Positions 37,782-47,428 of a stretch of DNA of 64,000 nt are shown here, piece by piece. Made by a program: the position numbers and the translations under genes. Position 1 is the stretch's first letter, and each line of letters starts with the position of its first letter. The notes below the pieces were generated by a model, which saw only the letters and a list, made by a program, of their open reading frames with translations, had not been told where the DNA came from and ran no database searches. Source of the stretch: Bacillota bacterium (GTDB taxonomy: Bacteria > Bacillota > Clostridia > Christensenellales > Aristaeellaceae); contig JAEZIN010000027.1 in NCBI GenBank assembly GCA_023436585.1, positions 64,847 through 128,846 on the forward strand, given 5' to 3'.

Positions 37782-38934
37782 TACGCTGCCGTTTTTTGAC
37801 AATCACACCCACCGGATCAAATCTGAAAATCACGAAGTCACACCCCTGGAACTGGCTGTTTCGTGGATGCACGGCTGGGGGGACATCAACCCGCCGGAGG
37901 GCCCCTGCGGACGCTCCGCCAATGAAGAGAACTGCTCGCCGGAATATGCGGAGCATGTGAAACACATGGGCGTGGTAAAGACCGTTGTCAACTACATGGC
38001 TCAGCACTTTCATTGCGAGCCCACGCTGGAGGCGGTCACCGCCCAGCGCAATAAGCGCACAAGCGTAGACGCAGCCGGATATAACAAAGAGCTGTATGAA
38101 AGCGAACACATCTTTGCCGAGATGGTGGATGATGGGGCGCCCTTTGGCGATAACGCCCTTCATTGCTTCCCGACCCATATCCTGCGCCTTTTCCAGATGG
38201 ATCCCTGCTTTAAGAAGCTGCTGGGGGAGTGCAGTACATATACGGAGCTCAAGCAGAGGTTTGATGCGGCCATCCGCGCCAAGCTTTTGGAGGGCTTCAT
38301 CGGGGTCAAGTGCCACGTGTTGGAGATTTTGACGCAGCACCCGCACATTGTCGAGGATGCTGAGGCCGAACAACTGTATTCTGCTGCCAAGGCCCAGGAT
38401 GTCCACGCCTTTGAGGAAGTGTACCTGGCAATATTCTGCCACATGCTGAAGCTGACGCAGGAGCTGAAATTCCATGTGCACATCCATACCGGCTGCACCG
38501 GTAACCCGGGGAATGGGCTTGTCTTTCACTGCGATCCCATTCACCTGTGCCCGCTTTTGGGGGATAACCGCTTCTATGCCTCCAGAATCATATTCCTGCA
38601 TGGCTGCTATCCCGATATCCGGCACGCGGCATTATTGACCCACAGCTATCCAAACGTTTGGGTGGATCTGAGCTGGACCTGCCCCTGGATCTCCCTGAAT
38701 TTTTCCCAATGCCTGGAGGAAACACTGGCTATCGCGCCTCATGACAAGATCATGTTCGGTACAGGCCAGCACCACTTTGCAGAAATGGCATGGGCCGCCT
38801 CCAAGATTTCCAAGACCGCTCTGGCGCACGTGTTTGAAGGTGCGGTCAGGAAGAACCTGATCTCCATACCCCAGGCCCAGGAATCCGCGGAAATGCTGCT
38901 GTACAAGAACGCAAAGAGGCTTTATGGCATCTGA
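37768..38934 (+). CDS. Amidohydrolase-2 family metal-dependent TIM-barrel hydrolase (lactonase, decarboxylase or uronate-isomerase-like)
   Basis: RBS GGAGGAG before MFNFSTLPFFDNHTHRIK (HxH metal motif). C-terminal …KNAKRLYGI is typical. Overlaps the small membrane protein gene by 14 nt. Confidence 0.65.
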   Translation: MFNFSTLPFFDNHTHRIKSENHEVTPLELAVSWMHGWGDINPPEGPCGRSANEENCSPEYAEHVKHMGVVKTVVNYMAQHFHCEPTLEAVTAQRNKRTSVDAAGYNKELYESEHIFAEMVDDGAPFGDNALHCFPTHILRLFQMDPCFKKLLGECSTYTELKQRFDAAIRAKLLEGFIGVKCHVLEILTQHPHIVEDAEAEQLYSAAKAQDVHAFEEVYLAIFCHMLKLTQELKFHVHIHTGCTGNPGNGLVFHCDPIHLCPLLGDNRFYASRIIFLHGCYPDIRHAALLTHSYPNVWVDLSWTCPWISLNFSQCLEETLAIAPHDKIMFGTGQHHFAEMAWAASKISKTALAHVFEGAVRKNLISIPQAQESAEMLLYKNAKRLYGI

Positions 38935-38961
38935 TCCGGACAGGATTGGAGGAATGGAAAT

Positions 38962-39906
38962 ATGATCGGGACCGGTATTTCAAAAGCATACAATCGAAGA
39001 AAACTTCTGCGCTCCTACACGCGGAATTGGCAGCTTTATCTGCTGCTGATTCCCACGATAGCCTACTTCCTAATATTTCGGTATGTGCCCATGTACGGCG
39101 TTCAGATTGCCTTCAAGAACTATCTTCCCACGCTGGGCTACGCGGGCAGTGAATGGGCGGGTCTGAAATACTTTACGCGCTTCTTTGGCAGCTACTATGC
39201 CGACCGGCAGATCATCAACACCCTCTCCCTCAGCTTCGGCATGCTGATTTTTTCCTTTCCGATCCCGATACTGATTGCGCTCACGCTCAATGAGGTGCGG
39301 AACAGGCGGTTCAAAAAAATCGTTCAAACTGTTTCTTATGCCCCGCATTTTTTGTCCACCGTCGTGATTGTCGGCCTGATCGGCTCCCTCACCAACATCC
39401 GCTACGGGCTCATCAACAATGCCCTGATAGGGCTGGGCGTGATCGACAATGCCATCTCCTTTTCTTCTTCGCCGGAGTGGTTCAAGCCTCTGTACATCAT
39501 CTCCGGCATCTGGCAGGAGTCAGGCTGGAACGCTGTCATCTACATGGCAGCGCTGTCATCGGTAGACCTGCAGCTCTATGAGGCGGCTCGTGTGGATGGC
39601 GCCGGCCGGCTGCGCTGCATCTGGCATGTGACCATTCCCTGCATCCTCCCGGCGATGATTACCATGCTGATTCTCAATTCCGGCAAGGTGATGAACGTTG
39701 GTTATGAAAAGGTGCTGTTGATGCAAAACTCCCTGAATATCAGCTCGTCGGACGTGATTTCCACTTATGTCTATGAACAGGGCCTCAAGAAGGGGCAGTA
39801 CAGCTACGCTACTGCCGTCGGTCTGTTCAACTCGGTGGTCAACACGCTTCTGATTGTTGTTATCAACAAGATTTCGCGCCGTGTCAGCGAAACCAGCCTG
39901 TGGTAA
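38962..39906 (+). CDS. Sugar ABC transporter permease, LplB-like
   Basis: EAARVDGAGRLRCIWHVTIPCILP motif. RBS GGAGGAA. Confidence 0.85.
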   Translation: MIGTGISKAYNRRKLLRSYTRNWQLYLLLIPTIAYFLIFRYVPMYGVQIAFKNYLPTLGYAGSEWAGLKYFTRFFGSYYADRQIINTLSLSFGMLIFSFPIPILIALTLNEVRNRRFKKIVQTVSYAPHFLSTVVIVGLIGSLTNIRYGLINNALIGLGVIDNAISFSSSPEWFKPLYIISGIWQESGWNAVIYMAALSSVDLQLYEAARVDGAGRLRCIWHVTIPCILPAMITMLILNSGKVMNVGYEKVLLMQNSLNISSSDVISTYVYEQGLKKGQYSYATAVGLFNSVVNTLLIVVINKISRRVSETSLW

Positions 39907-39919
39907 GGGAGGGTTTGGT

Positions 39920-40852
39920 ATGAGGAATGGAAGCATTGCTATGGACAGGGCCGGGGAGACGGTATCGGGCATTCGGTCAAAGTCTGACAGAACAGTGGAC
40001 CTGGTTGTATATTTCCTGATCACGCTGATTTTTATTGTCACAGCTTATCCGCTGATCTATGTCATCAGCTGCTCCATCAGCAGCCCCGCTGCGGTCCTGC
40101 GGGGAGAAGTTTACTTATGGCCGGTCCGTGCGACGCTGATGTCATACGAAAAAATATTTAAGGAAGGCACCTTGTCCCTGGGCTTGGGGAACTCCATAAA
40201 ATATACCCTGGTGGGTACGGCAATCAATCTGCTTTTGACAACCACCGGGGCTTATGCGCTTTCCAACAAGGAACTGCGCGGACGTAAGCTGGCTACAAAA
40301 TTCATCCTGTTTACAATGCTGTTTAACGCCGGCTTGATTCCGACCTATCTGGTGGTCAAGGACCTGGGCCTGATTAATACGCTGTGGGCGATTACGCTTC
40401 CCAACGCCATCGGCGTGACTAACTTCATTATCATGAAGAGTACCTTCGAGGTATCCATTCCCAACGATATCAAGGAAGCGGCCTATGTGGAAGGCGCGTC
40501 CCAGATCACCACCTTTGTTCGGATCATCCTTCCGCTTTCCCTCCCGATCATTGCTGTGATGACCATCTTCTACAGCGTGGGGCACTGGAACGAGTACTTT
40601 AACGCCCTGATTTATCTGGTGGACAAGCACCATCACCCGCTGCAGGTGGTTTTGCGGGACATCCTCGTCTCCAATGAGATTCATGAAGCAGTCAGCGATG
40701 CCAATACCCTCAACGGCGATGACCGCCAGGCATTATCCGAAGGTATCCGTTACGCCATCATTGTTGTGGCGAGCCTTCCGATGGTCGCCATGTATCCATT
40801 CTTCCAGCGGTTCTTCATCAAGGGTGTCATGGTAGGTGCTGTCAAGGGGTAA
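39920..40852 (+). CDS. Sugar ABC transporter permease, LplC-like
   Basis: RBS GGGAGG before MRNGSIAMD at 39920. KEAAYVEGASQITTFVRIILPLS motif. Confidence 0.85.
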   Translation: MRNGSIAMDRAGETVSGIRSKSDRTVDLVVYFLITLIFIVTAYPLIYVISCSISSPAAVLRGEVYLWPVRATLMSYEKIFKEGTLSLGLGNSIKYTLVGTAINLLLTTTGAYALSNKELRGRKLATKFILFTMLFNAGLIPTYLVVKDLGLINTLWAITLPNAIGVTNFIIMKSTFEVSIPNDIKEAAYVEGASQITTFVRIILPLSLPIIAVMTIFYSVGHWNEYFNALIYLVDKHHHPLQVVLRDILVSNEIHEAVSDANTLNGDDRQALSEGIRYAIIVVASLPMVAMYPFFQRFFIKGVMVGAVKG

Positions 40853-40936
40853 CGGTTTCCATTGTGCATAAGGCGCGGCGGCGGATGCGAAAAACACCTG
40901 CGTACGCGTCCTAGCAACATAAAAGGAGGAGAAAAC

Positions 40937-42502
40937 ATGAAAAGGAGTCTGGCTTTCCTTGTTTCTGTGATCTTGCTGGCGAGCACCTTTGGCGTAGCTA
41001 GCGCGGAGATTACGGCACCCAAATGGGACTTTCCCATCTTCAAAGAGCCCATCTACATCACCGCCATGGGCCTGCAGTCCCCCCAGGGCGGGGATCACAA
41101 CGACATGATCGCATGGACCAAATATGCCGAAATGTCGAATATTCATATCACCTGGGAGAATGTTCCCACGGCAACGGCTGCCGAGCGCTTGAGCGTTGTC
41201 CTCGCTTCCGGCGAGGTCCCGGACATGATCTGGGCTTGCCCGCTGAGCACCTCCGACCTGGTCAAATACGGCTCCACCGGCCTGTTCCTCAACATGGATG
41301 ACTACTATAAGAACTATGCCTACCATTTGCAGACGATCGTTGAGCAGAATCCCGCCATCCTCAGCGCCATGCGCAGCGGAGACGGCCATATCTACTCTTT
41401 CCCCCAGCTGATCATGGGCGACAACATGCTCACCAACAAGATATTCATCAATCCCCAGTGGCTGGAGCGCGTCAAGCTTCCCATGCCCACCAACTTTGAG
41501 GAGTTTAACAAAGTACTGTATGCCTTCCGTGACCAGGATGCCAACGGCAACGGCGATCCTGCGGACGAGATTCCGTATATCATCCGCTATACGGACGGCC
41601 ACTTCCTGCCCAGCCTGTATACCTTCTTCGGCCTTGGCAACCGGGGGACCAAGCACCTGTATGTAGACTGGGATTATGAAAAGAACGGCCTGCGCTTCAT
41701 CCCCACCAGCAGCCAGTTCAAGGACCTGCTGACTTGGGCGCACAAGCTGTACGCAGATGGGCTCATCGATAAGGAAACCTTTGAAAACACATCCTCCCGC
41801 CAGATCGTGGCCAAGACCTCCGCCGACCTGGTGGGCGTGCATAGCGACTATGTCACCAATACCGGCTCCGTCATGCAGGATATCTTCCGCTGCATCCCTG
41901 TCATGGAGAATTACTACGGCAACAAGCTGTACACCCGCCGCAGCGCGATGGTGAACAACGGCGCCTTCATTATTTCCGCAAAGAGCAAATATGCCGAAGA
42001 ACTGACCAAGTGGTGCGACTATTGGTACAGCGAAGAAGGCCAGCTGATGTGGAACATGGGCGTTGAAGGTGTAACCTACGTCAAGAACGCCGATGGCACC
42101 GTCAGCTTCACCGATGAAATGATCAAGAACCCCGAAGGCTTGACGCTGACCCAGGTCCGTGTCAAGTACATGGGCTTCCAGGGCGGCGCCGGTATCCAGT
42201 CCGATACCTATTACCAAGGCGCGGAGACCTATTGGACAGCCAAGGAATTGATGGAGGAGTACAAGCCCTACCTATCGGAAGAAACTTGGGAATCCTTCAG
42301 CCCGACGTATGAGGAAAGCGAAGAAATGGATTTCTACTGGACCGATATGCAGGCGTATATCAAAGAAAATATCGCTGCCTTTATCGTCGGGAACCGCTCT
42401 TTGGACGAGTGGGACGCCTATGTAGCGGAATTTGACAAGATGGGTCTTCAGGAATACATGGCAATCTATCAAAAGCTGTATGAGCGCTACAAGGGAATCT
42501 AA
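40937..42502 (+). CDS. Extracellular solute-binding protein, large family-1 (LplA-like)
   Basis: RBS AAAGGAGGAG before MKRSLAFLVSVILLASTFGVASA; no Cys. ~520 aa. Confidence 0.85.
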   Translation: MKRSLAFLVSVILLASTFGVASAEITAPKWDFPIFKEPIYITAMGLQSPQGGDHNDMIAWTKYAEMSNIHITWENVPTATAAERLSVVLASGEVPDMIWACPLSTSDLVKYGSTGLFLNMDDYYKNYAYHLQTIVEQNPAILSAMRSGDGHIYSFPQLIMGDNMLTNKIFINPQWLERVKLPMPTNFEEFNKVLYAFRDQDANGNGDPADEIPYIIRYTDGHFLPSLYTFFGLGNRGTKHLYVDWDYEKNGLRFIPTSSQFKDLLTWAHKLYADGLIDKETFENTSSRQIVAKTSADLVGVHSDYVTNTGSVMQDIFRCIPVMENYYGNKLYTRRSAMVNNGAFIISAKSKYAEELTKWCDYWYSEEGQLMWNMGVEGVTYVKNADGTVSFTDEMIKNPEGLTLTQVRVKYMGFQGGAGIQSDTYYQGAETYWTAKELMEEYKPYLSEETWESFSPTYEESEEMDFYWTDMQAYIKENIAAFIVGNRSLDEWDAYVAEFDKMGLQEYMAIYQKLYERYKGI

Positions 42503-42536
42503 TAAAAACGAATAACATTCCTTTTTAATTGACCAA

Positions 42537-42580
42537 GCAGGAAAGGGCCGTTGACCATAAAGTCGGCGGTCCTTTCTTTT
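42537..42580 (+). terminator. Terminator-like hairpin (GAAAGGGCCG…CGGCGGTCCTTTC) plus TTTT after the SBP gene
   Basis: Read directly. Imperfect stem. Confidence 0.4.
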
Positions 42581-42700
42581 ATGGCAGATGCTGTCTTGCA
42601 ATCCCAACCGTGCATATCTCTATTATATATGGAAATGATTGTGATCGTCAGTAATAGGTGATAAAATGAAAGCATATTTTTGATGGCTGGGGAGATATTT

Positions 42701-43174
42701 ATGCAAAAGAAAACCGTGTTCATCGACATGGACAATGTTCTTGTTGACTTCGCATCGGGAATAGAAAAAACAAGCGGCTCTGTGCTGGCCGAATATGAAG
42801 GCAGGCTGGATGAGGTGCCTGGCATTTTCAGCCTGATGACGCCCATGCCCGGTGCCATAGAAGCCGTAAATGTGATCGCAAAGTATTATGAGGTATATAT
42901 ACTATCCACCGCTCCGTGGCTGAACCCGTCCGCATGGTCGGATAAGCTGAAGTGGGTGCACAAGTATTTTGGCTCGGATAAAAGCAGCATATTGTACAAA
43001 CGCCTGATTCTCTCCCACCATAAGGACCTGTGCCGCGGCGATTATTTGATTGATGACAGAACAAAGAACGGGGCGGATGCATTTTCGGGAGAACTGATTT
43101 TGTTTGCCGGAGACCGTTTTCCTGATTGGCAAACCGTAACCGGTTATCTGCTGGAAAAGGCCGTCCCGCGATAG
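42701..43174 (+). CDS. 5'(3')-deoxyribonucleotidase-like HAD-family phosphatase (NT5C family)
   Basis: MQKKTVFIDMDNVLVDF carries the HAD DxD nucleophile motif. ~157 aa. RBS GGGGAG. Confidence 0.6.
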   Translation: MQKKTVFIDMDNVLVDFASGIEKTSGSVLAEYEGRLDEVPGIFSLMTPMPGAIEAVNVIAKYYEVYILSTAPWLNPSAWSDKLKWVHKYFGSDKSSILYKRLILSHHKDLCRGDYLIDDRTKNGADAFSGELILFAGDRFPDWQTVTGYLLEKAVPR

Positions 43175-43307
43175 AAGTACATGAATCGCTGACCATGGCG
43201 TGCAAAAATACAAGGTTTATATGGAAACGAATAAATCATATCAATATCGGGGCATGTGAACCAAGATGAAAGCCGGACCGGCATATGTGCATTAATGCTT
43301 CTCCTCT

Positions 43308-44135
43308 TCATTTAAAACGATACACTCTTACATAATCTACATCCATCTGTGCTTCCAACTGCCCGCCCATGCTGCCGGGCATGCGGTTTTGGTCGAAGTT
43401 TCCGCCCACGGCCAGGTTCAGGATCATATAAAACGGCTGATCAAAAGGCGCCGGGAAAGCATGGCCGCTTGTATTCCACAATCTCTGCTTTGCCGCCAGC
43501 ACATCATCCACATACCAACGCAGTTCTTTTTCATCCCACTCCAGGGCATAGACGTGAAATTCGTCGGCTGTCCCCTCCGGCAAAATGTAGGACTTGCCAA
43601 TATGGGTGTTATCGGGCCAGGACCCGCCGAAATGGATGGTATGGTACGTGAGCCCCGGCAGACGGCCCTTTGCTTCCATGATGTCAATCTCGCCGCTGGC
43701 AGCCCAGGGACCGTACACCTCATCCTGCGGCATCAGCCAGAAGCTAGGCCAGAACCCCTCCCCTTTGGGCAGGCGGATGCGGGCCTCAAACCGGCCATAG
43801 CATTGGGAGAACAAATCCCGGGTGCACAAACGGGCGGAGGTGTAAGGCACACCGCCTTTTGCTTCCTGCCTGGCATGAATGGTAAGCAGCCCGTTTTCCA
43901 CCGCTGCGTTTTCCGCCAGGTAATACTGCTGCTCATTGTTTCCCCACAGGGTCAGGCCTTCGCTCTGGCCGGTGCCCAGCTGGAACTGCCACTTCGTCAG
44001 GTCCAACTGTGTCCCGTCAAAGTTATCCTCAAACGTCATCTCTCTCATGGGCACCGCCTTCTCTCCGGATGATGTGAGCATGCATGCAAAAAGGAAAACA
44101 AGCAGTACCGCGATGAACAAGCAGGTTTTATTCAT
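43308..44135 (-). CDS. Glycoside hydrolase family 16 beta-glucanase (laminarinase/lichenase-like), lipoprotein
   Basis: GEIDIMEAKG carries the GH16 ExDxxE catalytic motif. Signal peptide with lipobox LFAC. RBS GGAGG before MNKTCLFIAV at 44135. Confidence 0.8.
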   Translation of the reverse strand: MNKTCLFIAVLLVFLFACMLTSSGEKAVPMREMTFEDNFDGTQLDLTKWQFQLGTGQSEGLTLWGNNEQQYYLAENAAVENGLLTIHARQEAKGGVPYTSARLCTRDLFSQCYGRFEARIRLPKGEGFWPSFWLMPQDEVYGPWAASGEIDIMEAKGRLPGLTYHTIHFGGSWPDNTHIGKSYILPEGTADEFHVYALEWDEKELRWYVDDVLAAKQRLWNTSGHAFPAPFDQPFYMILNLAVGGNFDQNRMPGSMGGQLEAQMDVDYVRVYRFK

Positions 44136-45657
44136 GAGCATCCTCCGCATACAGCATGGTTGGTCTGCCTTCCCCGCGATGATGGTCAAATACCGATACA
44201 GCAAGCTGCTTTGCCTGGCGGGACAGCGCAAAGCTGCAGGCACAAGTTCTTTGCACCAATGCCCCGTCTGCATATACGCTGTAGCTTACATCCCCGTCCA
44301 CCGCGTCCCAGCAAAGGGTATCCCCCTGAAGGACAAGCCCGGTGACGGCCTTCACATCCGGCGCATAGGCAAGGATGGCAATCAGGTCCAGCATCACAGG
44401 TTTGTCCTCCATGCCGGAAAGTCTGACCTGCACCCTTCCTGACGGGAGGTTGTGAAACCGGATGTATCCATCCCCCGGTTGCCAGCGCACGCTGTGCCCG
44501 TTGATGGCAAAATGAACAGGTCCCGCAGACAGGGGCTTTAGCAGCAGCGCGCCGGCAAAATCATCCGGTGTGAAAACGTGCAGCGTGATGTCCCTGCCCG
44601 TCCACCCGCCCAGCCAGCCGTTTCCGTAAACAGCCTCCGCGCCTTCGGGATGAAGGGAATATCCCTCCTGGCAGGTGAAAAGATCAGCGTCTTTATGCCA
44701 TGGCGTATTTGGCGCGCCTTCCTCCATTGCCCTGGCGCAGTCGATGACCAGTCTCAATGGCTGGCCATAACTCTCGCCGCGGACCACCAGATCAGGCCCA
44801 TTCATGGCCTTGCGGTAAATGGCCATCCGGGAGGCATTTTCCGTGATGCGGCCATCCTGCCAGTCGTACCAGTTGGCATTGCGGGGGTATACCTGCCAGC
44901 GCCAGTTGATGTACTGAAAGGCCTGCACGCCGTTTGCCCGCATGCTGGCGAAAAAATCCTCCATCCAGCGGGAAAATGTCCAGTCTGCCGCATCCTTGGA
45001 ATAGGATGCCTCCCCGTTGAGCAGGGGCTTGCCATGCTCATTGGCCAATGCGCGCATCCTGGCGCAGTCAAACTTGGGGGACATGGTGTTGTAGCCAAAC
45101 CAATCCACCACATCGTCGCCAGGATACCAATCCATGACGTCAGGTGTATCGGTGGTATACGAATCCCATACCAGCGCCACGTTTTGGGCCTGTTCAAGGC
45201 CTTTGGCGATGCGGCGGTAGGCGGCGATGTAGGCGGCAGGGTCATACCCGTTCCACTCGGTACCGTCAAACTCGTAGCCCAGGCGCAAAAGCACGGGGCA
45301 GGGAAGAGATGCATACCGGGCCGCCATGCAGGCGATATGCCCGTCGGCTTCGCCGTTTGCAAGAGCCCATAGCCCCGGTGTGTTGAACAGGGGCAGCTGC
45401 AGCCCGATTTGAAGCACCGCGCCGGGGAACAGGTGTGCAGCTTCCATCACCGAAGGGTTGGGCAGATACCCCGTCTCATGAAGGCTTTCATACAACGCGA
45501 TGAGCGCGGGCTTCTGCATATCCTCCAAGGCCAGGGTCATGGCGTACATGCTTTCCACGCACTGACCCGCGCCGGAAAGTATCAGCCCTGGGCGAACGCG
45601 CCAGGGGTTCCGCCCCGGACCCAGGTGGGGCTCAAACACATTTTTGTCCAGTTCCAT
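44128..45657 (-). CDS. Cytoplasmic TIM-barrel glycoside hydrolase, GH26-like (tentative)
   Basis: RBS GAAGGAG. No signal peptide. …LRLGYEFDGTEWNGYDP… resembles the GH26 R-F-G-H-E-x-N-G-x-W block. Overlaps the GH16 start by 8 nt. Confidence 0.5.
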   Translation of the reverse strand: MELDKNVFEPHLGPGRNPWRVRPGLILSGAGQCVESMYAMTLALEDMQKPALIALYESLHETGYLPNPSVMEAAHLFPGAVLQIGLQLPLFNTPGLWALANGEADGHIACMAARYASLPCPVLLRLGYEFDGTEWNGYDPAAYIAAYRRIAKGLEQAQNVALVWDSYTTDTPDVMDWYPGDDVVDWFGYNTMSPKFDCARMRALANEHGKPLLNGEASYSKDAADWTFSRWMEDFFASMRANGVQAFQYINWRWQVYPRNANWYDWQDGRITENASRMAIYRKAMNGPDLVVRGESYGQPLRLVIDCARAMEEGAPNTPWHKDADLFTCQEGYSLHPEGAEAVYGNGWLGGWTGRDITLHVFTPDDFAGALLLKPLSAGPVHFAINGHSVRWQPGDGYIRFHNLPSGRVQVRLSGMEDKPVMLDLIAILAYAPDVKAVTGLVLQGDTLCWDAVDGDVSYSVYADGALVQRTCACSFALSRQAKQLAVSVFDHHRGEGRPTMLYAEDAHE

Positions 45658-45814
45658 GGCGGCTCCTTCAAAAAAGCGGCGGCAACATCATGCACACATT
45701 GCCCCGTTCACGAATACATAAAATTCCTTGACTAGAAGTTTTTCAGGGAGAGGCGCGGAGAGGGAAATTTTTTCAAAAAGTCCCCTCTCCGCCAATATGA
45801 GTCGTTTTCCTTCG

Positions 45815-47377
45815 TTATTGCAGCTTTGCCTTGCGCTCGTCCAGCAGCTGCTGGCGGAAGGCCACAACCAGTTCAAAGCCGTTTTCCTGCCTGCGGGTGA
45901 GGAAGCTGTTCCACTCGGCATCAAACTCTTCCTCGGTAGGCGCGGAGATCAAGGCAGACAAGGTCTGTTCCCAGTCGATGCTGATCTTGTTGGCCGCGAT
46001 GGCCGCTTCGCTTTCGCCCGTGGGATCAAGGTTCTTGTAGATGCCGCCGGAGAAGTCCACATTGGCATTGGCCCAATCCTGCATCTGCTGGATGTAGTCC
46101 ACCTGCTGGGGCCGCCACTTGTACACGATCACGGGGTTGCGCAGCTGCCAGTAGGTATCCATGATGCCGTACTTGGTTTCAAACGCACCCACATCCGTCT
46201 GGTACTCCGCCAGTACTTCGGGCTTCATGGCTGCCTTGCCGTCCACCATGTCCCAGGTGACGCCCTCTTCGCCCAGGAAGAAATCCCGCTGGCCTTCCTC
46301 GCTGGCCCAGTAGGTGATAAAGCGGATAGCGCGGTCGGGATGCTGGCACGACTTGGAGATGAACACGGGCAGCCAGCCGGTCATGCTGCCGGGGAAGTTG
46401 GTGGGCTTATCCAGGCTGTCGTTGGCGGGGCCGTCCACGGCGATGTATACGGATTCCGGGTCCTTTTGATGCAGCAGGGTGTTGGCAGTGACGGCGCTGG
46501 TGTATTCCTGCAGCATGCAGAAATAGCGGCCATTGTTCATCTTTTCGCCGGTGGTGTCGCCAATGAGGATATCGGCGGTGACAAGGCCCTCGGCATACGC
46601 CTGGCGCAGCACCTTCAGCCACTTCACATAGGCAGGATCGGTCATACGGTCGTAAATTTTGCCATCCTTTTCATAGGGGACGGCCAGGAAGTTTTGAATG
46701 AACTCGCCCAGGCCATATCCGGCGGCGTTTTGAATGGTCATGGGGGTGATGGGCTCGCCCTTGAATTCGGGGAAATCGGACTTCAGCTTGCGCAAGGCAT
46801 TCAGGAAGCCGTCGGGGGTGCGCATGTCGGGGCTGCCCAGGGCTTCGTACAGGTCCTTGCGGACAAGGAAGGTCTGGTTGGCGTTGGTGGCGCCGGTTTC
46901 CCGCATCTGCTGCTCGGTATAGGCTTCGTTGGGCATGCAATAGGTGTTGCCGTCCGCCTGTTTGTACCAGTTGAGGGTGGCCTGGCCGGCCACGTCATAG
47001 AAATACAGGTCATACTTGTCCGCCAGCTCGTTGAGGGGGTACACAAAGCCGCCTTCCCAGAGCTTATTGAAGGTGGACTGCCAGAAACCCACGGACAGAA
47101 TGTCCGGCAGGGTGTTGGAGGCCATCATCACCGTCAGCTCCTGGTTGGTATCGCCGGCGGGGACCACAAAATCAATGGTGACGCCTGTCTTTTTGGTGAT
47201 ATACGCCGCGTTGGCGGTGTTCCAGCGGTTGGCGTACCAGTTGGCATCCACAAACCAGGTGAGGGTGACGGGTGAAGTATCCTGCTTCCAACCGGGCTCG
47301 GCGGCCTGAGCCATGGCCGCGGGGATGAGCCCCAGCAGCAGGCAGACTGCCATGACAAGAGAAAGCAACCGTTTCAT
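45815..47377 (-). CDS. Extracellular solute-binding protein, large family-1 (LplA-like)
   Basis: RBS AAGGAGG. Signal peptide MKRLLSLVMAVCLLLGLIPAAMAQAA. 520 aa. Confidence 0.85.
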   Translation of the reverse strand: MKRLLSLVMAVCLLLGLIPAAMAQAAEPGWKQDTSPVTLTWFVDANWYANRWNTANAAYITKKTGVTIDFVVPAGDTNQELTVMMASNTLPDILSVGFWQSTFNKLWEGGFVYPLNELADKYDLYFYDVAGQATLNWYKQADGNTYCMPNEAYTEQQMRETGATNANQTFLVRKDLYEALGSPDMRTPDGFLNALRKLKSDFPEFKGEPITPMTIQNAAGYGLGEFIQNFLAVPYEKDGKIYDRMTDPAYVKWLKVLRQAYAEGLVTADILIGDTTGEKMNNGRYFCMLQEYTSAVTANTLLHQKDPESVYIAVDGPANDSLDKPTNFPGSMTGWLPVFISKSCQHPDRAIRFITYWASEEGQRDFFLGEEGVTWDMVDGKAAMKPEVLAEYQTDVGAFETKYGIMDTYWQLRNPVIVYKWRPQQVDYIQQMQDWANANVDFSGGIYKNLDPTGESEAAIAANKISIDWEQTLSALISAPTEEEFDAEWNSFLTRRQENGFELVVAFRQQLLDERKAKLQ

Positions 47378-47428
47378 GAATAGGTTCCTCCTTTATATTC
47401 TGGCATCCTTGGATGCCGGATTCCGGGG

